Assembly (NCBI GenBank): GCA_021791815.1
Contig: JAJYVV010000001.1
Span: 1-56,384 of the forward strand
DNA: 56,384 nt
Direction: 5' to 3'
From: Bacillota bacterium
GTDB lineage: Bacteria; Bacillota; Sulfobacillia; RBS10-35; JAJYVN01
A model generated the notes under the pieces. The model made no database searches and was not told the DNA's origin. It worked only from the letters and a program-made list of their open reading frames with translations. Shown in pieces: positions 25,837 through 35,184 of the stretch; position 1 is the first letter of the stretch; each line of letters starts with the position of its first letter. Made by a program: the position numbers and the translations under genes.

Positions 25837-27033
25837 ATGCGCGGGGCCCGCTGGCTGCTGGTCGTGATCGCCCTCGCCCTCGTGGTCGCCGTGGTCCAGC
25901 TCGTCCGCCCCGTTCCCGACGTCCGGCTCCAGGTGACCCTGCCTTCCGCCTTCACCGCCAAGGGCCCGGCGGTGAGCGTCCCGTGGCCGTCCGCCGGCCA
26001 GAGCGCGCTGGCCATCGAGGGCGTCGGCCTGGTCGGCACGTCCGGGGCCACGACTCCCCAGCCGATCGCCAGCGTCGCCAAGGTGATGGTCGCCTACCTC
26101 ATCCTCAAGGATCATCCGCTGGCCTCCGGCGCCAACGGGCCCTCGGTGACGATCACCCCGGCGGACGTCGCCGTGTACCAGAGCGACTTGGCGGGAGGCC
26201 AGTCCGTGGTGCCGGTGGTGGCGGGCGAGACGCTGACGGAACGGCAGCTGCTGGAGGGGCTGCTGCTGCCCTCGGGCAACAACCTGGCCACCCTGCTCGG
26301 CGAGTGGGACGCGGGGTCCCTGCCGGCCTTCGTGGCCAAGATGAACCAGGCCGCGCAGCAGCTGGGCATGACCCACACGCACTACGCCGACGCGAGCGGC
26401 GTGTCGCCAGAGACCACGAGCACCGCCGCCGACCAGATGATCATGGCGCAGGCGGCCATGGCCGACCCGACCTTCCGCCACATCGTCGCGCTGCCGCAGA
26501 CAACCCTGCCCGTGGCCGGTGTGGTATACAACGTGAACGCCTTCCTCGGCCGCTCCGGCATCGTGGGCATCAAGACGGGCAGCACGCTTGAGGCCGGCGG
26601 GTGCTTCGTGGCCGCGGCACCCGTGACCGCGGGCAGCCAAACGGTGCTCGCCTTCGGCGCGGCGTTCGGCCAGGACGGCGTCATGCCGCTGCACGACGCG
26701 CTGACCGCCGGGCAGGGCCTGGTCGTGGCGGCGGGCCAGTTCGTGACCACGGACAGCCCCGTCCGGTCCGGGGAGGCGGTCGCCACCCTGGTCGCCCCCT
26801 GGGCACCGCCGGTCGCCGTGGTCGCGTCCTCCGGGACGACGTTCATCGCCTGGAACGGCCTGAAGGGGTCGGCCGGCGTGACGAAGCCGGCGGCCCTCGC
26901 GCACTCGGTCGCGCGCGGCGCCCATATCGCCACGCTGCAGGTGCAGCTCGGCGAGCAGGCGGCAACCATCCCGCTCACCGCGGCGGGATCGATCCCGCCG
27001 CCCTCGCTGCGCTGGCGGCTGACCCGGCACTAG
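25837..27033 (+). CDS. D-alanyl-D-alanine carboxypeptidase (peptidase S11, PBP5-like)
   Basis: ATG 25837 with GAAGGAGG upstream. A signal/TM segment is followed by the SxxK (ASVAK), SxN (LPSGNN) and KTG (IKTGST) motifs. Confidence 0.85.
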   Translation: MRGARWLLVVIALALVVAVVQLVRPVPDVRLQVTLPSAFTAKGPAVSVPWPSAGQSALAIEGVGLVGTSGATTPQPIASVAKVMVAYLILKDHPLASGANGPSVTITPADVAVYQSDLAGGQSVVPVVAGETLTERQLLEGLLLPSGNNLATLLGEWDAGSLPAFVAKMNQAAQQLGMTHTHYADASGVSPETTSTAADQMIMAQAAMADPTFRHIVALPQTTLPVAGVVYNVNAFLGRSGIVGIKTGSTLEAGGCFVAAAPVTAGSQTVLAFGAAFGQDGVMPLHDALTAGQGLVVAAGQFVTTDSPVRSGEAVATLVAPWAPPVAVVASSGTTFIAWNGLKGSAGVTKPAALAHSVARGAHIATLQVQLGEQAATIPLTAAGSIPPPSLRWRLTRH

Positions 27034-27104
27034 GCGGGCCCGCCGCCGGAGCCCGCGGCGCCCGGCCCCGGGATGGGACCGCCCGCACGAAGGAGGATGC
27101 AACG

Positions 27105-28283
27105 GTGCCGCGCATTCCGAGGCGGGGGTGGCTCGCCGGCTCCGCGGCGGCGCTCGCGATCCCCGCGCTTTCCGCGCTGCTCTCCGGATGTGGGCCCCAG
27201 CGGGGGGCGCACCCCGGAGGTGCGCCGACGCCCCGCGGGAAGCCGTACGGCGGGCTGGGTTTCACGGCGATCCACATGGTGGGCGCCTCGCTGGGGTGGG
27301 CCATGGGGGGCGCGGCGCTCTTCCGCAGTTCGGACGGGGGGCGGACCTGGTCGAACGTCTCGCCGCCCTCGCGGCCCAGCGCCGGCACGATTGTGGCCGC
27401 CTTCGGGGGTGCCAGCCGCGCGTGGGCGGCGATGGCCACCCCATCCGGGGTCCAGCTGTTCTCCACCGCCGACGGCGGCGCCCATTGGTCCGCCGCCGTC
27501 GCGCCCGGCTCCTCCAACCTGGTCCCGCGCTTCCTGTCGTTCCTGACCGACAGCGTGCACGGGTGGCTCTGGTGCGCCGGCGCGACCGCACCGGGCCTCG
27601 AGCCGGGCGTGCTGTTCCGCACGGCCGACGGCGGCGCGACCTGGACCGAGGCCGTGAGCACCGGGGCCGCCTCCGGCGCGGCGCGGGGTCCCGGCCTGCC
27701 CGCGGCCGGCGTCAAGTCCGGCCTCGCCTTCCGCGACCAGAATCACGGCGTCATGACCGCCACCGGCGCCCAGCGCGGCACCCCCTGGGTGTATGCGACG
27801 GCGGACGGCGGAGCGACCTGGGCGCCCGTGACCCTGGGCCTTCCCGCGACCGAGCGGAGCCTGCCCGTCGGGACGCAGGCCCCCGCGTTCTTCGACGCCC
27901 GGCACGGGCTCATCCCGGTCCTGACCTTCAAGGCCGCCATCCCGGCGCTCACCGTCTTCGTCACCGCGGACGGCGGATCGACGTGGACGGCGAGCCTTCC
28001 GGTGTCGTCCCCCTACGCGGCCCTGACGACCGCCTTCGTGGACGAAGGCCACTGGTTCGCGACGGACGGCGTCGGGATGTATGCCACGGCGACCGGGGGA
28101 CAGGGCTGGAGCTCCTACCTCTGCCAGCCGCCGAAGGTGCTGCAGGGCGTGGCGCAGCTCGACTTCCTCTCGCCCGGCTCCGGGTTCGCCTTCTGCCCCC
28201 CGACCCCGGGCACGCAGGGACAGGCCGGGGCGCGCATCCTGGCGACGGTGGACGCCGGCCAGTCGTGGCAGGCGGTGGGCTGA
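27105..28283 (+). CDS. Asp-box (BNR) beta-propeller lipoprotein, Ycf48-like
   Basis: GTG 27105 with AGGAGG 8 nt upstream. Lipobox LLSGC. Six S/T-x-D-G-G-x-T-W repeats are present (SSDGGRTW, TADGGAHW, TADGGATW x2, TADGGSTW, VDAGQSW). Confidence 0.8.
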   Translation: MPRIPRRGWLAGSAAALAIPALSALLSGCGPQRGAHPGGAPTPRGKPYGGLGFTAIHMVGASLGWAMGGAALFRSSDGGRTWSNVSPPSRPSAGTIVAAFGGASRAWAAMATPSGVQLFSTADGGAHWSAAVAPGSSNLVPRFLSFLTDSVHGWLWCAGATAPGLEPGVLFRTADGGATWTEAVSTGAASGAARGPGLPAAGVKSGLAFRDQNHGVMTATGAQRGTPWVYATADGGATWAPVTLGLPATERSLPVGTQAPAFFDARHGLIPVLTFKAAIPALTVFVTADGGSTWTASLPVSSPYAALTTAFVDEGHWFATDGVGMYATATGGQGWSSYLCQPPKVLQGVAQLDFLSPGSGFAFCPPTPGTQGQAGARILATVDAGQSWQAVG

Positions 28284-28303
28284 AGGCCTTCCGGCGGACA
28301 CCC

Positions 28304-31066
28304 TCAGGGCGTCGCGGGGTCGGCCGCCTCGCCCGCCGGGCGGCGCCGGTTGCGGAGGCGCGTGGCCGGGGCGTGCGGCGACCCCAGCGCCCACTGCTCC
28401 AGGAACCGGTGGAGGTGCTCCGCGGCCAGGGGGCGCGCGAACAGGTAGCCCTGGGCCGTGTCGCAGCGCTGCCGCTGCAGCGCGTCCAACTGCGCCTCGA
28501 TCTCCACGCCTTCGGCCACGACTTCGAGGTTCAGCGTCTTTCCGAGTTCCACCAGCGTGCGCACGACCGCCACGGCCTCCGCGGAGTCCTGGACGGTGCG
28601 GATGAACGACCGATCGATCTTCAGGACGTCGACGGGGAACTGTCGCAGGTAGGAGAGGGAGGAGTAGCCGGTGCCGAAGTCGTCGATGGCCACGCGGACC
28701 CCCAGCGCCTTCAGGGCGCGGACGCGGCGGGCCGCCTCCGCCGCGTCGCGCATCAGGGCCGTCTCCGTGATCTCGAGCACGAGCAGGCCGGCGGGCAGGC
28801 CGCTGTCCTGCAGGGCCGAGCGGACGTCTTCCACGAGGTCCGGGGTGTCGATCTGCCGCCCGGAGACGTTGACGGACACCGCGAGGCCCGGACTCGTCGG
28901 CTGCCAGGCCGCCGCCTCGCGGCACGCCTTGCGCAGGACCCACAGGCCGAGGGCTGCGGCCAGGCCGGCATCCTCGGCGAGCGGCACGAACACGCTCGGC
29001 GCGATGGGCCCGCGGACCGGATGGGTCCAGCGGGCGAGGGCCTCCATGCCGGTGACGCGCAGGTCGCGAAGGTCGACGGCGGGCTGGTAGACGAGGCTGA
29101 GCTCCCGGGCGGCGAGCGCCGCCCGCAGGTCGGTCTCCAGTTCCAGCCGTTCCTGCGCCACCAACTGCATCTGCGGCTGGAAGACCACCACGCGGTTCTT
29201 GCCGCGCGCCTTGGCCCGGTACATCGAGATGTCGGCGTCCCGCAGGAGTTCCTCGCCCGATCCGCCCGTGCGCACGGCGACGCCGATCGAGGCGCTGGGG
29301 GTGTATGCCCGCTCGCCGATCGCGATCGGCGAGCGGAGGACCTCCAGCAGGCGCCCCGCCACGGCCTCGGGCGTGCGGCTCGGATCGGCGGTCGGCCGCA
29401 CGTCCTCCTCCGCGTCGGCCGAGGCTCGCCCCCGGTCGCGGCCGCCGCCAGCTCCTCGCTGCTCCCCCGGCGCGGCCCCGGCGCCCGCGCCGTCGAGCAG
29501 CACCACGAACTCGTCGCCGCCGAGGCGGCCCACCGTGTCGGACTCGCGGACGGCCCCGAGAAGGCGCGCGGCCACCGCGCGCAGCAGTTCGTCGCCGGCC
29601 GCGTGCCCCAGGCTGTCGTTGATCACCTTGAAGTTGTCCAGGTCGACGAACAGCGCGGCCACGGGCGTCCGCGTGCGGCGGACGGCCGCCAGCATGCGGT
29701 TGGCGCGGTCCAGCACCAGCGCCCGGTTCGGCAGGCCGGTCAGGGGGTCGTGCAGGGCCTGCCGGCGGAGCTCCGCCTCGAACCGCTCGCGCTCCGTCAC
29801 GTCGTGGATCACCACCACGACGCCCGCGACCGCGGGATCGTCCACGAGATCGGTGACCGTCGCCTCGCAGGACCGCGGCTCGCCGGCCGCGGTCAGGGCG
29901 CGGACCAATCCGCGCACGGGAGCGCCACCCGCCGCACGGCTCTCGGCCGCCAGGTCGGCGGTCCCGACATGCTCCCCGTCGGGCAGCAGCCGGCCGACGG
30001 GTTGGCCCACCAGCTCGTCGGCCGCGTAGCCGAGGAGCCGCGTCAGGGAGGGGCTCTGGTACCGGACGAGGCCGTCGCCGCCGACCACGACGACGTGGTC
30101 CGTCAGGTTCTCCACCAGCAGCCGGAAGCGGCGCTCCCGGAGGACCACGTGCTGTTGGATGCGCTCCTTGGACGCGAAGAGCTGGCGCAGCCGCAGCAGG
30201 ACCAGGGCGGTGACCGCGGCCGACGGCAGCAACAGGGTGCGCGGCACGAAAGGCTGGTGCAGCACGCGGACGGCGATGACCGTGGCGCCGGCGGGCACCA
30301 GGAGCGCCAGCCCCAGGGTCGCGGTCCGCCGCCGGCCCAGGTTGTCGGGGTGGGCCCGGGCGGCGTCCGCGATGCGCCGCATGGACGGGTGCAGCGCCGG
30401 CAGGGCGATGAGGAGGCTGGTCGCCATCCATCCCGCGACCAGCAGCGGGACGTTGCCGGGCCGGCCCCAGGCCAAGCCGAGCGCGCCCAGGGAGAATCCC
30501 GCGATCATGGCGGCGGCCCCGGCCTCGACGGCCCACAGCGGCCAGAGCACGTCGGGCGTGGCCGCGATCAGGTGGACGGCGACAGCCATCAGCAGCATGC
30601 CGGCGGCCGGTACGGCCGCCCCCATCGCGGCCTCGATGCCGGGGAGCCGCGTCGCGTGGGCCAGCGGCAGGTAGACGAGGTCCCGCAGGGCCGCGGCCGC
30701 GGCGATCAGCACGACGCCGGCGTCGAGCACGTCGTCCCCGCTCTCGCGCGCGTGCATGGCATGGCCTGAGCAGGCGACGCCCGCGAGCAGCGCGCCGAAC
30801 GCCGCGACGGACATGCCGTCCGCGAACGCATCGAGGGCCGGGCGGCCGGCCAGACCGCCCGGCGCGAGCTCATGCAGCAGCCCCGTGACGGCGAAGAGCG
30901 GAATCGATACCCCGAAGAGGTACCAAACGACGGGCCGGGCGGGCCGGTGGGCCCGGATGCCGGCGAGCACGGCGACCATGGACAGGATGGGGACGGCGCC
31001 CGAGGCGACCACCGAAGCACGTCCCGGCAACAGGAAGTGGGCGCAGAACAGGGCGGCGCCGCCCAC
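28304..31066 (-). CDS. membrane-bound PAS-GGDEF-EAL c-di-GMP signalling protein
   Basis: N-terminal multi-TM region followed by a PAS-like segment. GGDEF is preceded by the RESD I-site. The EAL domain carries EALARW, EITE and DDFGTGYSS. Confidence 0.9.
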   Translation of the reverse strand: MGGAALFCAHFLLPGRASVVASGAVPILSMVAVLAGIRAHRPARPVVWYLFGVSIPLFAVTGLLHELAPGGLAGRPALDAFADGMSVAAFGALLAGVACSGHAMHARESGDDVLDAGVVLIAAAAALRDLVYLPLAHATRLPGIEAAMGAAVPAAGMLLMAVAVHLIAATPDVLWPLWAVEAGAAAMIAGFSLGALGLAWGRPGNVPLLVAGWMATSLLIALPALHPSMRRIADAARAHPDNLGRRRTATLGLALLVPAGATVIAVRVLHQPFVPRTLLLPSAAVTALVLLRLRQLFASKERIQQHVVLRERRFRLLVENLTDHVVVVGGDGLVRYQSPSLTRLLGYAADELVGQPVGRLLPDGEHVGTADLAAESRAAGGAPVRGLVRALTAAGEPRSCEATVTDLVDDPAVAGVVVVIHDVTERERFEAELRRQALHDPLTGLPNRALVLDRANRMLAAVRRTRTPVAALFVDLDNFKVINDSLGHAAGDELLRAVAARLLGAVRESDTVGRLGGDEFVVLLDGAGAGAAPGEQRGAGGGRDRGRASADAEEDVRPTADPSRTPEAVAGRLLEVLRSPIAIGERAYTPSASIGVAVRTGGSGEELLRDADISMYRAKARGKNRVVVFQPQMQLVAQERLELETDLRAALAARELSLVYQPAVDLRDLRVTGMEALARWTHPVRGPIAPSVFVPLAEDAGLAAALGLWVLRKACREAAAWQPTSPGLAVSVNVSGRQIDTPDLVEDVRSALQDSGLPAGLLVLEITETALMRDAAEAARRVRALKALGVRVAIDDFGTGYSSLSYLRQFPVDVLKIDRSFIRTVQDSAEAVAVVRTLVELGKTLNLEVVAEGVEIEAQLDALQRQRCDTAQGYLFARPLAAEHLHRFLEQWALGSPHAPATRLRNRRRPAGEAADPATP

Positions 31067-31438
31067 GGCAAATGCGCCCAGGGCCCACGGCCTGCCCGCG
31101 AGCCACGGGGCGCGCGCCGGGGAGGGGGTGCCCGCCGGGACATGGTGCGTCGCCGAGGGTCGTCCTCCTCCCGGGGCCGCGCCCCCTCCCGGCCCGACCG
31201 AGGACGCGGCCGGCGCGACCGGCGGGTGCCGCCAAGCCTGTCATCGGCACGGCGGTCCGCCCCTGATAGATCCCGCGCATCCGCCGGCGGCCACCGCCCT
31301 GCGGCAGGGACCGACCCGGCGGGGGCCAATCCCGCCCACGCGGCCGGCCTCGGCACCGCCGACCGGCGTCGCGGAAGGAGGTGGCGGCGTCCCCGCGCCC
31401 ATCGGACCCCGGAGCGCGATGGGGCGCCGCGAAGCGCT

Positions 31439-32254
31439 TTGAGGATCGGGCTGAACGCGGGGATCTTTCCGGGCGGACCCGGGCCGGTCGAGGCGGTCCG
31501 GGCCGCGGCCGCCGCTGGCGCGGACGGCTGTGAACTGAACGTCGGGGAGAGCGGCCCGCTCTCCCTCCAGACCAGTGCAGCCGACCTGCAGGCCGTCCGC
31601 CGCGCAGCGGCGGACGCGGGCGTCGACCTGCCGTCCCTCCACTGCGGGCTCCACTGGAAGTATCCGCTCAGCGACCCCGACCCGGCGGTCCGGGCGCGTG
31701 GTCTGGCGGCGCTGCGCCGCACCGTGGATATCGGCGCGGAACTCGGCTGCGGGGTCCTCCTCGTCGTGCCTGGCGTCGTCACGTCCGCCGTATCGTACCG
31801 GGACGCCTATGGCCGGGCGCAGGAGGGCTGCGCCGAACTTGCGCAGCACGCCGCCGGCGCCGGCCTGCGCATCGGGATCGAGAACGTCTGGAACCGCTTC
31901 CTGCTCTCGCCGCTGGAGATGGCGCGGTTCATCGACGACCTGCCCGGCGCGGCCGCCGGCGCGTACTTCGACGTCGGCAACATCCTGGCGTACGGCTACC
32001 CCCAGCAGTGGATCGCCGAGCTGGGGCGGCGCCTCGTGGCGGTGCATTTCAAGGACTACCGGTCGGACGTGCCCGGCGGGGGCGGCTTCGTGCACCTGCT
32101 GCAGGGCGACGTCCCCTGGAAGGCCTGCATGGAGGAGCTGCGCCGCGCCGGCTACGACGGTTACGTGACCGCGGAACTGCCCCCCTACCGGCACCTCCCC
32201 GAGCGGGCGGCCCCCGATACCGTGGCCGCCATGCGGGCGATCCTCGCGCTCTGA
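31439..32254 (+). CDS. sugar phosphate isomerase/epimerase (xylose isomerase-like TIM barrel)
   Basis: The only in-frame start before the conserved N-terminus is TTG 31439 (LRIGLNAGIFPG..). Motifs IGIENVWNRF, FDVGNI and AVHFKDY are present. The track ORF's upstream part is Arg/Gly-rich. Confidence 0.75.
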   Translation: MRIGLNAGIFPGGPGPVEAVRAAAAAGADGCELNVGESGPLSLQTSAADLQAVRRAAADAGVDLPSLHCGLHWKYPLSDPDPAVRARGLAALRRTVDIGAELGCGVLLVVPGVVTSAVSYRDAYGRAQEGCAELAQHAAGAGLRIGIENVWNRFLLSPLEMARFIDDLPGAAAGAYFDVGNILAYGYPQQWIAELGRRLVAVHFKDYRSDVPGGGGFVHLLQGDVPWKACMEELRRAGYDGYVTAELPPYRHLPERAAPDTVAAMRAILAL

Positions 32255-32303
32255 GCCCGGGGCCGGGCGGCACGCCGGCTCCCGCCGGTCCCCGCCCGGC
32301 TCC

Positions 32304-33509
32304 TCACCCGAGCTCCCGCAGCAGCGCGTCGGTGGCCGCGCGCAGCGCCTCCCCCGCCTCGGGGGCCAGGGCCGAGGGGAACCCGTAGTAGCGGTGGGCC
32401 GCGGCCACCTCATAGCCACCGCCGGCGTAGGCCTGCCGTTCGGGGATGTAGCCCACCGACGGGCCCGCGTGGCCGACGCCGCAACAGTCGGAAGGCAGGG
32501 CCAGGGCGAAGGCGGCGTGCGGCTCCCCCGGCCAGAAGGCTGCCCGCCCGGCGCCGATGCGGCAGGCCACCACCGCCGCCGCCTCCGGCGGCACGGGCTC
32601 GCCCGGGGCCGCCACGGTGTCGGCCCACCGGAGCATGGCGGCCGCCGCCCGGGGATCCGCCGGCCGGGGAGGCACCGCGTCCCCCGGCAGGCGCGGCAGC
32701 CGCACCTCCCGCCGGGCCCATCCCAGCGGCCCGGCCGCGGCCGTCGGGGTCACGTTCCAGAGCGCGCCGAGTTCCGCCGCCAGCGCGGCCCAGGGGCCGA
32801 GTTCCGCCTCGCCCCGCCGCAGCGGGTCCTGGTCCCCGCAGAAGCCCTGCAGGAAAAGGGAGGGAAACGGCAGCGCGCGCGCCACCTCACCCACCCAGTC
32901 GGCGGAGACGGCGCGGTTGTCGGCACCGAGGACGACCGGGTGGCAGGCCACCGACCACACCGCGCACACCGGCCGCCGCGTGCTGTCGGAACGCTCGATC
33001 TTCATCAGGTGGACCCGGGGATCCACCGGGCCGGCCGGATCGCGCCGGTTACCCCAGAGGGCGCCCGAGGGCAGGGCGCGGCGGCCCCAGCCCACGCGGC
33101 AGGGCACGGCGTCCGCCAGGGCGCGCCGGGCCGCGTCGCCGACGGCGAGGGCGGCCCGCCGGACGTAGGCCGGGTCCGGAGCGCCGCACCCGATGAGCGG
33201 GTAGGTGGCCGGCGCCGCGTGCGTGTGGCTGCAGCAGAGGACGACGCGCTCCTCGGGCAGCGGGCAGGCGGCGGCGAGCCGTCCGGCGGCGGCGGCGTCC
33301 AGGATGCAGAGGTCCAGCCCGACCAGGAGCCAGGGATCGCAGCCCTCGCCCCCGAGGGCCAGGACGCCGGCGCGCAGCCGGTCGCGGACGCCGGTGGCGG
33401 GTTGTTCGCGCGCGACGTAGCCCGACAGCTCCACCCGGCCCTCGGCCGGATCCGGCGTGATGTCCACGGTGGCGAATCCCGCGCGGAAGTGGACCCGGGC
33501 CGTGGCCAC
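32304..33509 (-). CDS. neutral/alkaline ceramidase-like domain protein
   Basis: The N-terminus FRAGFATVDITPDP..VELSGYVAREQPATGVRDRLRAGVLAL matches the family's N-terminal pattern (G.a..dITP..G..l.GY..R...a.G.hD.L.ara). Full 401-aa ORF. Confidence 0.7.
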   Translation of the reverse strand: MATARVHFRAGFATVDITPDPAEGRVELSGYVAREQPATGVRDRLRAGVLALGGEGCDPWLLVGLDLCILDAAAAGRLAAACPLPEERVVLCCSHTHAAPATYPLIGCGAPDPAYVRRAALAVGDAARRALADAVPCRVGWGRRALPSGALWGNRRDPAGPVDPRVHLMKIERSDSTRRPVCAVWSVACHPVVLGADNRAVSADWVGEVARALPFPSLFLQGFCGDQDPLRRGEAELGPWAALAAELGALWNVTPTAAAGPLGWARREVRLPRLPGDAVPPRPADPRAAAAMLRWADTVAAPGEPVPPEAAAVVACRIGAGRAAFWPGEPHAAFALALPSDCCGVGHAGPSVGYIPERQAYAGGGYEVAAAHRYYGFPSALAPEAGEALRAATDALLRELG

Positions 33510-33548
33510 CGGCTCACCCTCCTCGGCAGCGGGCGGCGGACGCCCGGC

Positions 33549-34862
33549 TCAGCCGGCCCGTGTCCAGGCGCGCTGGATCTTGGCCATCGCCGCCGCCGCG
33601 GCGACGACCTCCCCTTCCCCGGCCAGGAGCACGGGGTGGGCCATCCAGCAGCAGTCCTGGGCGGCGGCGGCCGCCACGGGGAGCGGCGCGTCCTCGTACC
33701 GCGGCTCAGGGGCGCCGCCCCGGGCGGCGTTGGCCCGCGCCCGACGCTGCACCGCCTCGTTGCCCGAGAGCAGCGTGTACCCGGCCGACGCCGGGACCCC
33801 CTCCGCGCCGAGGGCCCGCAGGAACTCCGCGCGGCTGTGCCCGCCGAACGCCGCGGGGTCGAAGCGGAACGCGAAGAGGTGCCAGGCGTGCCGCGTCACC
33901 TCGGGCGGCGGGGCGAGCGGCAGGATGCCGGGCACGGCGGCAAGCGCCTCGAGCAGGGCGGCCGCCCCCGCTTCGCGCCGCCGGGCCAGGTCCTCGAAGC
34001 GGCCCAGCTGGGCCTGCAGGAGGGCCGCCTGCAGCGCCGTCATGCGAGCGTTCTGGCCGATCCGCGGATGCCCGTACCACGCGCCGCCGCGCTGGCGCCC
34101 GACGTTGTGCAACGACCAGACGAGGTCGATGCCCGGGGCGCTCCCCGTGACCGCGCCGCCCTCGCCGGCGCTGAGGTTCTTGCTTTCCTGGAAGGAGAAG
34201 CAGCCGAACGTGCCCCACGACCCGACGGGACGACCCCGCCACGCGGCGCCCGGAGCCTGACAGGCGTCCTCCACCAGGGCCGCCCCGCGCTCCGCGCACA
34301 GGGCGCTGAGCGCGCCGAGGTCGGCGGGGCAGCCGGCGAAGTGCACCGGGACGACGGCCTTGGTGCGGGGCGTCCAGGCGCGGCGGACGGCCTCGGGATC
34401 GAGGCAGAGCGTGCGCGGCTCCACGTCCGCGAACACCGGCACGGCGCCCAGGAACAGGCAGGCGCTCGCCGTGGCGATGAAGGTGTAGGGGGGGACGATC
34501 ACCTCGTCGCCGGGCCCCACGCCGGCGGCCTCGAGGGCGAGGATCAGGGCCGCCGTTCCGCTGCTGCACGCCACCGCGCCAAGGCGGGCGCCCTCGGGCT
34601 GCAGGGGTGACGCCGGCGCCGCGGGGGAGGCGGCGTGGAGGGTGGCGAATGCCTCCTCGAAGGCCTCGACGACCCGCACGCCCCGGGCGGCCGAGCACCA
34701 TGTGCCGTCGCGGACGACCCGCAGGACGGCGGCCTCCTCGGCCTCCGTGGGCTGCGGCCAAGCCGGCCAGGGCCCCCGATGCACGGGTGGCCCACCGTCC
34801 ACCGCGAGGCGCTCGCCGTGCTGGGCTTGCGCCTCGGCCGCTCCGGGTCCGCGCAGGCTCAC
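33549..34862 (-). CDS. DegT/DnrJ/EryC1/StrS family aminotransferase
   Basis: GTG 34862 with GGGAGGTG 7 nt upstream. ..SSGTAALILALEAAGVGPGDEVIVPPYTFIAT.. is present, and the PLP-Lys context FSFQESKNLSAGEGGAV. Confidence 0.85.
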   Translation of the reverse strand: MSLRGPGAAEAQAQHGERLAVDGGPPVHRGPWPAWPQPTEAEEAAVLRVVRDGTWCSAARGVRVVEAFEEAFATLHAASPAAPASPLQPEGARLGAVACSSGTAALILALEAAGVGPGDEVIVPPYTFIATASACLFLGAVPVFADVEPRTLCLDPEAVRRAWTPRTKAVVPVHFAGCPADLGALSALCAERGAALVEDACQAPGAAWRGRPVGSWGTFGCFSFQESKNLSAGEGGAVTGSAPGIDLVWSLHNVGRQRGGAWYGHPRIGQNARMTALQAALLQAQLGRFEDLARRREAGAAALLEALAAVPGILPLAPPPEVTRHAWHLFAFRFDPAAFGGHSRAEFLRALGAEGVPASAGYTLLSGNEAVQRRARANAARGGAPEPRYEDAPLPVAAAAAQDCCWMAHPVLLAGEGEVVAAAAAMAKIQRAWTRAG

Positions 34863-35184
34863 GGCGACGCACCTCCCGCGGCCGTCGGCGCACCGGCTCC
34901 CGCATCCCCCACGCCGGCCGCGCCGCGGCGGGCCCCGGACGGGTGCCGGCGGCCGGCACCAGGCGGGTGGCGTTCGCACGACGGCAGCGGATTCCTGCCC
35001 TCCCCCGGACGCGGGCCGGCGCTCGGGCGACCGCGGGAAGCCGCCGCGGAAAGATGGAGGCGAGGCGGCCCTGGCGACGGAGACGGCACGAGCGCCCGGG
35101 GACCGGGGCGACCCGCCGGTCGCCCCATCCGCCGCAGGGCCCGGCGCACCAGCCTCCCTCGGCCGGGCGCTTCTCGGGGCCCTC

